From: Candidatus Methylomirabilota bacterium
GTDB lineage: Bacteria; Methylomirabilota; Methylomirabilia; Rokubacteriales; CSP1-6
Reading direction: 5' to 3'
Assembly (NCBI GenBank): GCA_046723475.1
Contig: JBKOUQ010000147.1
Span: 23,487 to 87,486 of the forward strand
DNA length: 64,000 nt
Shown piece by piece: positions 46,049 to 54,613 of the stretch. Numbering within the stretch: the first letter of the stretch is position 1; each line of letters begins with the position of its first letter. Made by a program: the position numbers and the translations under genes. The notes below the pieces were generated by a model that ran no database searches, was not told the origin of the DNA, and saw nothing but the letters and a program-made list of their open reading frames with translations.

Positions 46049-48307
46049 GTGTACGTCAGGTTTTGGGGCACCCGCGGCTCCATCGCCGCGCCCGGTGCCA
46101 GCACGGCGCGCTATGGCGGCAACACCTCGTGCACCGAAGTCCGGACGCCGGACGGCACGTTGATCGTGCTCGACTGCGGCACGGGCGCCCGGGAGCTCGG
46201 GCTGCATCTCACGCAAACGCTGAAGCCGCCGATCCACGTGCATCTGTTCATCGGCCACACACACTGGGACCACATCCAGGGGTTCCCGTTTTTCGTCCCG
46301 GCCTTCATCCCGGGCGTCGAGCTCAGCGTCTACGCGCCGCTGGGCTTCCAGCAGAGCCTCGAGGAGGCGATGGCGGGGCAGATGGAGTATTCGTACTTTC
46401 CCGTCAAGCTCCGCGACCTGCGCTCGCGGCTGCATTTCACCGAGCTCGAAGAGGGCTTTTTCCGCGTGGGCGACGTGCTCGTCGAGACGCAGTACCTGAA
46501 TCACACCGCGCCCACGATCGCGTACCGCATCACCAGTCAGGGCACCACGCTGGCGTACGTCGCCGACCACGAGCCGTTCTGGAAGCCGGACGAGGGAGGC
46601 CTGCAGCACCCGGGCGACCAGCGCCACGTCGCGTTCATGAAGCATGCGGACCTGGTGATTCACGACGCGCAATACACCGACGAAGAGTATCGCCAGCGCG
46701 TCGGCTGGGGGCATTCACCGATCGAGTACGCGATCGACGTGGCTATGGATGCCGGCGTTCGACGCCTCGCCCTTTTTCATCACGACCCCACGCACGACGA
46801 CGCCGTCATGGAGCAACTCGAAGCTTCGGCACAGGCGCGGGCTCGTGCGGCCGGCTCGAGCCTCGAGGTATTTGCGGCGCGTGAAGGCGTGCACCTGAGG
46901 CTCGCCGGCGACGGGCGCGCGGCGCCCGTGTCCGAGGTGTCGGCGTTGCGGCGGCGGAGCGTGGCGGGCGCCCGCATCCTCGTCGTCAGCGGCGACGACG
47001 CGCAAGTGATGGCGATCGAGGACATGCTCGCCGACGACGGCATGGTCGCGCTGCCGGTCCGCGACATGCAGGCCGCGGTCACGCGCGGGACGGAGCATAT
47101 GCCGGACCTCGCGATCGTGGACGCCGATCTGCCGCTCGCGGAGGGCGTCAGTCTGATTCCCGACTTTCGCGCGCGCTTGAACCGCCCGAGCTTCCCGATC
47201 GTGCTCCTGGCCGATCGACCGGACGGCGCCGCTGACGGCGGCCGCAGCGGTGCCACCGACTATCTGGCGAAGCCGTACAGCCCGCCCATGCTGCGGGCGC
47301 GCGTCCGCGCGTGGCTGGCGCGTAGCGCGGCGGCGCTCGATGGTTCGGCCGGCGCCGAGCAGGCGGGCGTCGCCGCCACAGCGTCGCAGGACCGAGTCAG
47401 CACGCGCACATTGCTCTCGAGCATCCTGTCGTCCATTCCGCTTTTCAAGAAGTGCACGCCGTCGCAGCTCACGCGGCTCGTGCGACACGCGAGCGAGGAG
47501 GTCTATCCTTCCGGCCACGTCGTGATGCGTCAGGGCGAGGCGTCGGACAGCGTCTGGGTGCTGCTGTCCGGCCGTGTGCGCGTGGTGGAAGCCATGGCCG
47601 ACGGACAGGCCGAGTTGCTGCTCGGCGAGCTGGGCCGCGCCGAAGTGTTCGGTGAAGTCGGCATCCTGCGCGACCAGCCGCGTGCGGCCACGATCATCGC
47701 GGTGGAGCGCACGCACTGCCTCGTGTTGCAACGCCCCGATTTCATCGCGGTACTGCAGCAATCACCCGAGCTCGCGAACGCGCTGCTCCGCGTCGTGGCG
47801 GGACGTCTTTACGACGCCGACCGGAAGCTCGCGCGCTATGCGCCGGACCCGCTCACGGGCCTCGCCAGCCGCCGCGCGTTCTACGATCAGTATCGTCGGC
47901 TCGCCGCGGGCGCGCGGCGTCGCAAGAACGGGGTGCTGCTGCTGACGCTCGACGTCGTCAGGCTCAGATCCGTCAACGACAGCTTCGGCTACGCGCTCGG
48001 CGACGAGATTCTCCGGACGGTCGCCGACGCGCTCGTTGAATCGACGCGTACGACCGATCTCGTTGCACGGCACGGCGGCGACGAGTTCGCCGTCCTGTTG
48101 CTCGACGCCATGCCGCAGGACGTGGAGACTGTCGTGGCGCGCGTCCGGGACAAGCTCGCGACGCTCGCCGTGCGGCGCCGGGTGCCGGTCCCCATCGAGT
48201 GCTCGATGGGGATTGCGTGGAGCGCATCGCCGCCCGAGAACGCCGAGGAGCTGCTTCGCGAGGCCGACCGCGACATGCAGGAGCGACGCACCGCGGGCGA
48301 GAGTTAG
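46049..48307 (+). CDS. Multidomain signalling protein: metallo-beta-lactamase fold, receiver (REC), cyclic-nucleotide-binding, then GGDEF diguanylate cyclase
   Basis: MBL motif HTHWDHIQG plus HDAQY/FHHDP. REC-like ILVVSGDD...DLAIVDADLP...KPYSPPMLRARVRAWL. cNMP-binding FGEVGIL...RAATIIAVERTHCLVL. GGDEF core RHGGDEFAVLL with an RxxD I-site (RTTD) 5 aa upstream. Confidence 0.85.
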   Translation: MYVRFWGTRGSIAAPGASTARYGGNTSCTEVRTPDGTLIVLDCGTGARELGLHLTQTLKPPIHVHLFIGHTHWDHIQGFPFFVPAFIPGVELSVYAPLGFQQSLEEAMAGQMEYSYFPVKLRDLRSRLHFTELEEGFFRVGDVLVETQYLNHTAPTIAYRITSQGTTLAYVADHEPFWKPDEGGLQHPGDQRHVAFMKHADLVIHDAQYTDEEYRQRVGWGHSPIEYAIDVAMDAGVRRLALFHHDPTHDDAVMEQLEASAQARARAAGSSLEVFAAREGVHLRLAGDGRAAPVSEVSALRRRSVAGARILVVSGDDAQVMAIEDMLADDGMVALPVRDMQAAVTRGTEHMPDLAIVDADLPLAEGVSLIPDFRARLNRPSFPIVLLADRPDGAADGGRSGATDYLAKPYSPPMLRARVRAWLARSAAALDGSAGAEQAGVAATASQDRVSTRTLLSSILSSIPLFKKCTPSQLTRLVRHASEEVYPSGHVVMRQGEASDSVWVLLSGRVRVVEAMADGQAELLLGELGRAEVFGEVGILRDQPRAATIIAVERTHCLVLQRPDFIAVLQQSPELANALLRVVAGRLYDADRKLARYAPDPLTGLASRRAFYDQYRRLAAGARRRKNGVLLLTLDVVRLRSVNDSFGYALGDEILRTVADALVESTRTTDLVARHGGDEFAVLLLDAMPQDVETVVARVRDKLATLAVRRRVPVPIECSMGIAWSASPPENAEELLREADRDMQERRTAGES

Positions 48308-48519
48308 CGCAGGGCGCGGGCCTGGACGGGGCCCGGCACGCCTGGGCCGGTCGATCGAGGGGATGGTGTCTTCCCCGCAAGACCCGTGTTTCGGGTATTG
48401 CGTCGGACCCGGCTGAACATCGGTGCACCATGACAGGCGCGACGCGGCGTCGATTTGCGTGGTCGAGCGGGGAAACACCATCCCCTCGATCGGTCGGCCT
48501 TGGCGTGTTGGCGCCTCGG

Positions 48520-49278
48520 TCAGCGCGCGCGCCGGCGACGCTCGACGAATGCCCGGACGCGCTCGCGTGCCGCGGCGCCCGTCCTGAGCGCGGCGCCGTA
48601 GGCGGCCGCCTCTCCGCCCGGCTTGCCGGTTCGAATCGCCGCAACGATGGCCTTCGTGGCGGCGAGGCCCTCGCGCGGTGATTTCGCGATCTCCGTCGCC
48701 CATGTCGTCGCCGTCTCCGTCAGCGTTGGCGAGGCGACCACGCGATTCACCAGGCCGAGCCGCAACGCTTCCGTCGCGTGCAGCGTCCGTCCCGTCAGCA
48801 GCAGGTCCCGGCCATGACCGCCGCCCAGCACGTCGAGCAGGCGCGCGATACCGTACGAGGGATTGAAGCCGAGCGTGACCTCGGGCAGGCCCAAGCGCGC
48901 GCGGTCGGAAGCGATCCGCAGATCCTGCGCGACCGCCAGCATGAGACCGCCGCCGAGCGCGTGGCCCTCGATCACGGCAATCGTCACCTGTGGCAGCGCG
49001 GTGAAGCGTTGCATGATCGCGGCCCATCGGTGCGAGAGCGCCTCGGCATCGGCCGGAGTGAGGTCGTCCATCTCCCCGATGTCGTTGCCGGCGCAGAACG
49101 CGCGCCCACGGCCGGTGACGAGAACGACGCGCGTGTCGTCCATGGCCGTCAGGCGATCGAGCGCCGCCTCCAGACCGTCGGCCATCGGGCGGTTCAGCGC
49201 ATTGAGCGCCTCGGGTCGATCGAGCGTCAGGCGGGCGACGCCCTCGGCGGCGGGTTCGACGACGACGAGCGTGCTCAT
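48520..49278 (-). CDS. Enoyl-CoA hydratase/isomerase family protein
   Basis: Start MSTLVVVEPAAEGVARLTLDRPEALNAL (ATG 49278). LVTGRGRAFCAGNDI...IAVIEGHALGGGLMLAVAQD. Confidence 0.85.
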   Translation of the reverse strand: MSTLVVVEPAAEGVARLTLDRPEALNALNRPMADGLEAALDRLTAMDDTRVVLVTGRGRAFCAGNDIGEMDDLTPADAEALSHRWAAIMQRFTALPQVTIAVIEGHALGGGLMLAVAQDLRIASDRARLGLPEVTLGFNPSYGIARLLDVLGGGHGRDLLLTGRTLHATEALRLGLVNRVVASPTLTETATTWATEIAKSPREGLAATKAIVAAIRTGKPGGEAAAYGAALRTGAAARERVRAFVERRRRAR

Positions 49279-50198
49279 CCGTCGGTGCGCCGCCGGCGCA
49301 GTGCCCATCCGGCGACGCCGAGCGCGACCGCGCCGAGTCCGACCGCAACGCCGGCCGCCGCGGGCCAGAAGTTCGTCCCAAACACCGCGACCTTCGAGAA
49401 CGGCGAGCGCAGCGCCCCCGGCGGCGGGACGCCATCGAGCAGTTGCTCGACGATCGCCATCGCCTCGGTCATCAGCACTTCGGTGGCCGTACGCGCGAAC
49501 GATGGGTCGGCGAGTGCGGGATGCCCGACGTAGCCGCGTCCGCCGTCGCGGACGGCGTAGTTCGGGCGCACGCGTTCCGGCCACGAGTACGTCGCCGGCG
49601 GCAGCGTGCGGTACGACGCATCCACGAGATCGGGCCGGAGCAGGAGCATGAGCGACGTCTCCCACCAGCCGCCGTGCGCGTCTTCCGCGAAGGCGCGGCG
49701 CTCATCGGCGGTGAGGGCGCGGCCCAGGCCCGCGGCGATCTTCTCGACGTACCGGCCGCGCATGAATTGCCAGGCGAGATGGCCGGTGAATGAGGCCATG
49801 GTGATACCGTGGCGCCGCGAGACGATCCCGGCCGCTTCTTCCAGCGCCGCGAGATGGCCGGGCCCGGCGTGGCCGTTGGCGATCAAGATGTAGCGAAACC
49901 CCGCCCGGGCCAGCGCGCTTCCATAGTCGACGAGCGTGTCACGCACGACGCGCTGACGGACCGAAATGGTGCCGACGCTCTCGAATGTGAACGAGCCGAG
50001 AGGCAGCGTCGGAGCCAGCACCACGTCCCAGCCGGGACGCGCGGCCACGATCCGATCGGCGACCGCCTCGGCAAAGTGCCGCGCGGCGAACGCGTCGACG
50101 CCCACGGGCAGATGCGGCCCGTGGGTCTCGAGCGGGCTGATCGTGAGCACCATCACCGTCCGCGCGCGATCGAGCGCATCGAGGGCGGGCGTGGACAT
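49275..50198 (-). CDS. Creatininase-family amidohydrolase with C-terminal TM helix
   Basis: ISPLETHGPHLPVGVD matches the creatininase EQHGPHLPLGTD motif. ...ANGHAGP. C-terminal hydrophobic segment AAAGVAVGLGAVALGVAGWAL. ATGA overlap with the crotonase start. Confidence 0.75.
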   Translation of the reverse strand: MSTPALDALDRARTVMVLTISPLETHGPHLPVGVDAFAARHFAEAVADRIVAARPGWDVVLAPTLPLGSFTFESVGTISVRQRVVRDTLVDYGSALARAGFRYILIANGHAGPGHLAALEEAAGIVSRRHGITMASFTGHLAWQFMRGRYVEKIAAGLGRALTADERRAFAEDAHGGWWETSLMLLLRPDLVDASYRTLPPATYSWPERVRPNYAVRDGGRGYVGHPALADPSFARTATEVLMTEAMAIVEQLLDGVPPPGALRSPFSKVAVFGTNFWPAAAGVAVGLGAVALGVAGWALRRRRTDG

Positions 50199-50218
50199 TT
50201 CTTCGAGCCGGTGGACGC

Positions 50219-51700
50219 TCAAAAGCTGCTCCCCCTGGTCGCGGCGAGCCATTCGTCCTTGGCGCGCTCGAGCTCGGCCACGATCGCCTCGCGCTCGGCG
50301 ATGAGCCGGCGCGCCGCAGCCTCGTGCGTGACGCGCAACAACGCCCAGCGCAGGCGACCGCGCACGCGGCCCGCGCCCGACAGATAACGATACGCGATGA
50401 GTCCGGACACCGGGAGCGATAGCGCGAACAGCGCGGCGATCGTGCCGCCGGCCGCGCGAAACACCAGCCAAATCTCGAGCCCGTAGAACAGCGGAAACGC
50501 GACCACCGACGCGAGCAGCCGCACCGTCGCGTAGTCGGTTTCCTTGTGCGCCATGCGCCGCGCCAGCCATCGCGGCCCGAGATACGGCACGGCGTTCACG
50601 ACCGTGCCGTAGACGAAGAGCGGCAAGCCGACGACGGCACGCCACGAGGCGATCACACGGCGCCGCGTCGGCACACGTTCGCCCCGCCCGCGGACGGTCT
50701 CGTCGCGGAGGCGGTGCTGTGCGAGCAACGTGCGGTACGTGCGAATGCGCTGCCACATCGCTTCGACGCGCGCGGGCTCGCGGGCCTTGAACCATCCGAT
50801 GGCGTCCACGATCGAGCGCGACAGCCGCACGAGGTCGACGCCGCGCGGACCCACCCCGCGTGCCTCCATCACCTCGCGCGCGAGCACGTCCCGGTACAGC
50901 GCCTCGATCGCCTGCAGCAGCCGCGCGTCGTCGATGCGCTCGACGTTGACGACCTCCCGCTCCATGGCCTGCTGGAGGTCGCGCGTGAGCGCGTCCACGG
51001 CCTTGACGGGGTCGTCTCGATACACCGCGGCATAGGCGTGCAGCGGCAGGGCCGAGCCGAACGAGACCAGCACGCGCGCGCGGAACGACTTGCGCGCCTC
51101 GAAGGTCAGGCCCACGGGCAGCATCTTGAGCGTGTGCGGGTGCGCGCACTCCCACGCGAGCGCGATGCGCGCCGCGCCCGTCTTGAGGCGCTGCACGCGC
51201 GCCTCGGCGTGCGTCGTGCCCTCCGGATAGATCGCGACGAGAGCGCCGCGCTCGAACGCGTCATTGCACGCCGCGAACGTGTTCGCGTTGCGGTCGGGTG
51301 TAGCCGCGTCCGCGTCCTCGGGTCGAGTCGCGGGTGGCCCGTCCGAGATGGGGCGCGCCGAGGCAGGCGGAGGCTCGTCGTGACGCGCCGAGTGACGCGG
51401 ACGTTCGTCCTGTTTTCTCCAGACGGGGATCGCGCCCGCGGCAAGGAGGAACCGGCCGACGAGCGCGTTGCGGAAGAGCGCGGCGGTGGCGAGGTAGTGC
51501 ACCTTGCGAGGCACGGCGACGCCGACCACGAGCGAGTCGATGAAGTTGTTCGGATGGTTGATGCAGAGCAGCACGGGCCCGCCGTCCGGCACGCGCTCGG
51601 GATGGCGCACGTCGAGGGCCTTGAAGAAGAACCAGACCCAGAAGCGCGCGACCGCGCGCACGGCGCGATAGAACGCGTCCATCTCCGCGCGCGGCGTCAT
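50219..51700 (-). CDS. PlsC-type acyltransferase (lysophospholipid acyltransferase family) with extended C-terminal membrane region
   Basis: INHPNNFIDSL is the HX4D motif I. VAIYPEGTTH is the PEGT motif III. C-terminal TM helices. Confidence 0.8.
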   Translation of the reverse strand: MTPRAEMDAFYRAVRAVARFWVWFFFKALDVRHPERVPDGGPVLLCINHPNNFIDSLVVGVAVPRKVHYLATAALFRNALVGRFLLAAGAIPVWRKQDERPRHSARHDEPPPASARPISDGPPATRPEDADAATPDRNANTFAACNDAFERGALVAIYPEGTTHAEARVQRLKTGAARIALAWECAHPHTLKMLPVGLTFEARKSFRARVLVSFGSALPLHAYAAVYRDDPVKAVDALTRDLQQAMEREVVNVERIDDARLLQAIEALYRDVLAREVMEARGVGPRGVDLVRLSRSIVDAIGWFKAREPARVEAMWQRIRTYRTLLAQHRLRDETVRGRGERVPTRRRVIASWRAVVGLPLFVYGTVVNAVPYLGPRWLARRMAHKETDYATVRLLASVVAFPLFYGLEIWLVFRAAGGTIAALFALSLPVSGLIAYRYLSGAGRVRGRLRWALLRVTHEAAARRLIAEREAIVAELERAKDEWLAATRGSSF

Positions 51701-51705
51701 GCGGT

Positions 51706-52077
51706 ATGATCCGCGCCGTGCTCGAGCGCCTCGCGGATCTCGTCAATGCCGACGCCGCCCTCGTGCGACGCGGGCGCTACCTGTCGACGCGCTTTCTCGT
51801 GGCGACGGGGCCGGTCACCTGGCTCGTGACGGTGCACGAGGGGCGCGTGACGGCGCTCGAGCGCGGGCCGTTCCTGCTGCGCGACTGGGCGTTCGCCGTG
51901 CGTGCGTCCGAAGAGGCGTGGCGCCGCTTCTGGGAGCCCGTGCCGCCGCCCGGCTATCACGACCTGTTCGCCCTCACCAAGGGCGGCCACGCCACCATCG
52001 AGGGGGACCTCCGGCCGCTGATGGCGAATCTGCGCTACGTGAAAGACATCCTCGCCAAGCCGCGCGGGAGCGCGTGA
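51706..52077 (+). CDS. SCP2 sterol-carrier-like domain protein
   Basis: 123 aa with ...ATIEGDLRPLMANLRYVKDIL C-terminus resembling SCP2 (GDl..amkL). Confidence 0.5.
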   Translation: MIRAVLERLADLVNADAALVRRGRYLSTRFLVATGPVTWLVTVHEGRVTALERGPFLLRDWAFAVRASEEAWRRFWEPVPPPGYHDLFALTKGGHATIEGDLRPLMANLRYVKDILAKPRGSA

Positions 52078-52929
52078 GTGGCCGAGCTCGAACCGATCGT
52101 CGGCCGCTACATGCGCCTGTCCCTCGGCGGGCGCGCGCACCGCGTGTACTTCGAGGAAGCGGGCAGCGGCATCCCGCTCGTCTGCCTTCACACGGCCGGC
52201 GCCGACGGACGACAGTTCCGACATCTGATGAACGACGCCGACGTCACCCGGCACTTCCGCGTCCTCGCGTTCGATATGCCGTGGCACGGCAAGTCGCTGC
52301 CGCCCGTCGGCTGGCAGGACGAGGAGTATCGCCTCACGACGCGCGGCTACGTGGAGCTCATCCGCGCGTTCATCGCGGCCCTCGACCTGACCCAACCCGT
52401 CGTGCTCGGCTGCTCGATCGGCGGCAAGATCGTGCTCGAGCTCGCGCGGCTGCACGCGCGCGAGTTCCGCGCGCTCATCGGGCTCGAGTCCGCCGCCTAT
52501 CAGGCGCCGTGGTACGACGACACCGGCTGGCTGCACCGCCCGGACGTCCATGGCGGGGAAGTCGCGGGCGCCCTGATGTCGGGGCTCATTGCGCCGCAGA
52601 GCCCGAGCGAGACGCGGTGGGACACGCTGTGGATGTACATGATGGGCGGCCCCGGCGTCTTCAAGGGCGATCTGTTCTTCTATCGCACCGATGGCGACTT
52701 TCGCGATCGCGTCGGGGAGATCGACACGACACGCTGCCCCCTGTTCCTGCTGACCGGCGAGTACGACTTCTCGTGCACGCCGGATGACACGGCGCGGACG
52801 GCGGCCAAGATCGCGGGCACCCGCGTCACGATCATGCGGGAGATCGGCCACTTCCCGATGAGCGAGCATCCGGCGCAGTTTCGGCGGTACCTGCTGCCGG
52901 TGCTGGACGAAATCCGCGCGCGCGGCTGA
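52078..52929 (+). CDS. Alpha/beta hydrolase
   Basis: PLVCLHTAGADGRQF, nucleophile elbow GCSIGG and catalytic His GHFPMSEHP. Confidence 0.85.
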   Translation: MAELEPIVGRYMRLSLGGRAHRVYFEEAGSGIPLVCLHTAGADGRQFRHLMNDADVTRHFRVLAFDMPWHGKSLPPVGWQDEEYRLTTRGYVELIRAFIAALDLTQPVVLGCSIGGKIVLELARLHAREFRALIGLESAAYQAPWYDDTGWLHRPDVHGGEVAGALMSGLIAPQSPSETRWDTLWMYMMGGPGVFKGDLFFYRTDGDFRDRVGEIDTTRCPLFLLTGEYDFSCTPDDTARTAAKIAGTRVTIMREIGHFPMSEHPAQFRRYLLPVLDEIRARG

Positions 52930-52940
52930 GCGCGCGCGCG

Positions 52941-53492
52941 TCATCCGCGCTTCTCCGCGAAGCCTCGCAGCAGCGCGGCGAAGTCGTCGACGACGAGCTG
53001 CTCGGCCCAGTCCGCGGCTTCCGAGTCGGCGCCGTACGCCTCGCGCATGAAGTCGATCGCCTCGCGCTTGCCGTCGAACCGACGCCAGACGTGGCCGGCG
53101 CCGCCACCCGGACGTCGCAGATGAAACACGGGGTCGGCCGGGGACTGCGGCTCATACGAAATCCGCTCGCCGAATCGGTCGAGCGTGATCCATGCCACGG
53201 CAATCCCGTGCATCGACAGCACGCGCGCGCGTATGGACTCCTCGCGAGGCAACGACTCGACGTCGCAGAGCCGCGGACCATAAAAGATGCGGACCGCCTC
53301 GTCGACGACCGCGAGACGCACGCGCATCGGCCGCTCATTCGCCTCGTCCAGCAGGCGTCGCGAGTCCTCGCCGACCCAGAAGGCGCCGCCGCCGTCGCGA
53401 TCCGCCCAGGCTTCGACCACCGAGCCTTTGGGCACCCGTGCGCGACGCCGCACCATCTCGTCGGCGTCGGGCATGAGGTAGAGGCGCCCCAT
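52941..53492 (-). CDS. Hypothetical protein
   Basis: 183-aa ORF with coherent codon usage and no recognised motif. Confidence 0.4.
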   Translation of the reverse strand: MGRLYLMPDADEMVRRRARVPKGSVVEAWADRDGGGAFWVGEDSRRLLDEANERPMRVRLAVVDEAVRIFYGPRLCDVESLPREESIRARVLSMHGIAVAWITLDRFGERISYEPQSPADPVFHLRRPGGGAGHVWRRFDGKREAIDFMREAYGADSEAADWAEQLVVDDFAALLRGFAEKRG

Positions 53493-53509
53493 CGCTCAGG
53501 CGGCGCGCG

Positions 53510-54613
53510 TCATGGAACCCGAACGAATCCTTCCATCAGGCGTCGCGCGGTGCGGTAGACGGTCACGCGCTCCGCCCACGGCGCACCGTCGCGGCTCGTG
53601 ACCGCGGCGTCGAGTGGCAGCACGCCGGAGGCGTGGCCGAGGTTGACGTCGCGGTGGCCCGCCCCGCGCGCCAGACATTCGTTGACGACGGTGCCCTCGA
53701 TCCGCGCGGCGACGGCAAGGCACATGGCCGACGTCAGCGGGAACGCGCGGTGACAGTTGCCCATCGAGATCGCGCGTGCGAGCACGTCGTAATCGCCCGC
53801 GGCGTGACGCACACCGTCGAGCCCGACGTAGTCGGCGGCCGCGGCCACGAACGCGATCTTCGGCGCCGACGCGCTCGGCCGAAGGCCCATGCGCATCGCC
53901 GCCTCCACGCGGATCTTCTCGAGGCGCGCCATGACGTCGGAATTCGCATCGACCGCCTGCGGCGTTTCCGCCGCGGTGAGCCCGACGTCACGCGCGCGAA
54001 CGAACACGAGCGGATTCGTCGCGTCGACGCACGAGGCGTCGATGCCGGCAATGACATCGCGCGGGCGCCCCGTCGGCAGCAATCGACCGGTGCCGGCGCC
54101 GCCGGGGTCGACGAAATCGAGCGCAATGCGAGCCCCACGCCCCGCGACGCCGGCGAGATCGAAGTCGCCGTCGACGGCGGCCTCGCCGTCGCGGACCGGT
54201 ACGTGGGCCAGAATGATCTTCTTCGTATTCGTGTTGTGGACCCGCACGAGCGTCTCGCCCTCGCGCGCGGCGACCAGCCGCTCGTCGATCGCGAACGGGC
54301 CGATGGCCGACGAGCAGTTGCCGCAATTGCCGTCGTATTCGACCACCGGCGACTTCACGTCGACCTGCGCAAACGTATAGTCGACGTCGGCGTCGGGATG
54401 GCTCGGCGCGCCGACGATGCACGCTTTCGAGAGCGACGAGATGCCGCCGCCGAGGCCGTTGAGCTGCCGGCCATACGGATCGGGGCTGCCGAGGGCCGCG
54501 AGCAGAATGCGATCGCGCGAGGGACCGGGAGCCGGCAGGTCGTCGGCGTGGAACACGAGGCAGCGGCTCGTGCCCCCGCGCATGTACACCGCCCGGATTC
54601 GCCGTTGGGTCAC
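53510..54613 (-). CDS. prpF: PrpF/AcnD-accessory family protein (methylaconitate isomerase / 4-oxalomesaconate tautomerase family)
   Basis: VTQRRIRAVYMRGGTSRCLVFHADDLP matches the PrpF N-terminus (mRGGTSKG). Paired DAP-epimerase-like halves with catalytic Cys (GNCGNCSS). GTG start overlaps the aconitase stop (GTGA). Confidence 0.8.
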   Translation of the reverse strand: MTQRRIRAVYMRGGTSRCLVFHADDLPAPGPSRDRILLAALGSPDPYGRQLNGLGGGISSLSKACIVGAPSHPDADVDYTFAQVDVKSPVVEYDGNCGNCSSAIGPFAIDERLVAAREGETLVRVHNTNTKKIILAHVPVRDGEAAVDGDFDLAGVAGRGARIALDFVDPGGAGTGRLLPTGRPRDVIAGIDASCVDATNPLVFVRARDVGLTAAETPQAVDANSDVMARLEKIRVEAAMRMGLRPSASAPKIAFVAAAADYVGLDGVRHAAGDYDVLARAISMGNCHRAFPLTSAMCLAVAARIEGTVVNECLARGAGHRDVNLGHASGVLPLDAAVTSRDGAPWAERVTVYRTARRLMEGFVRVP

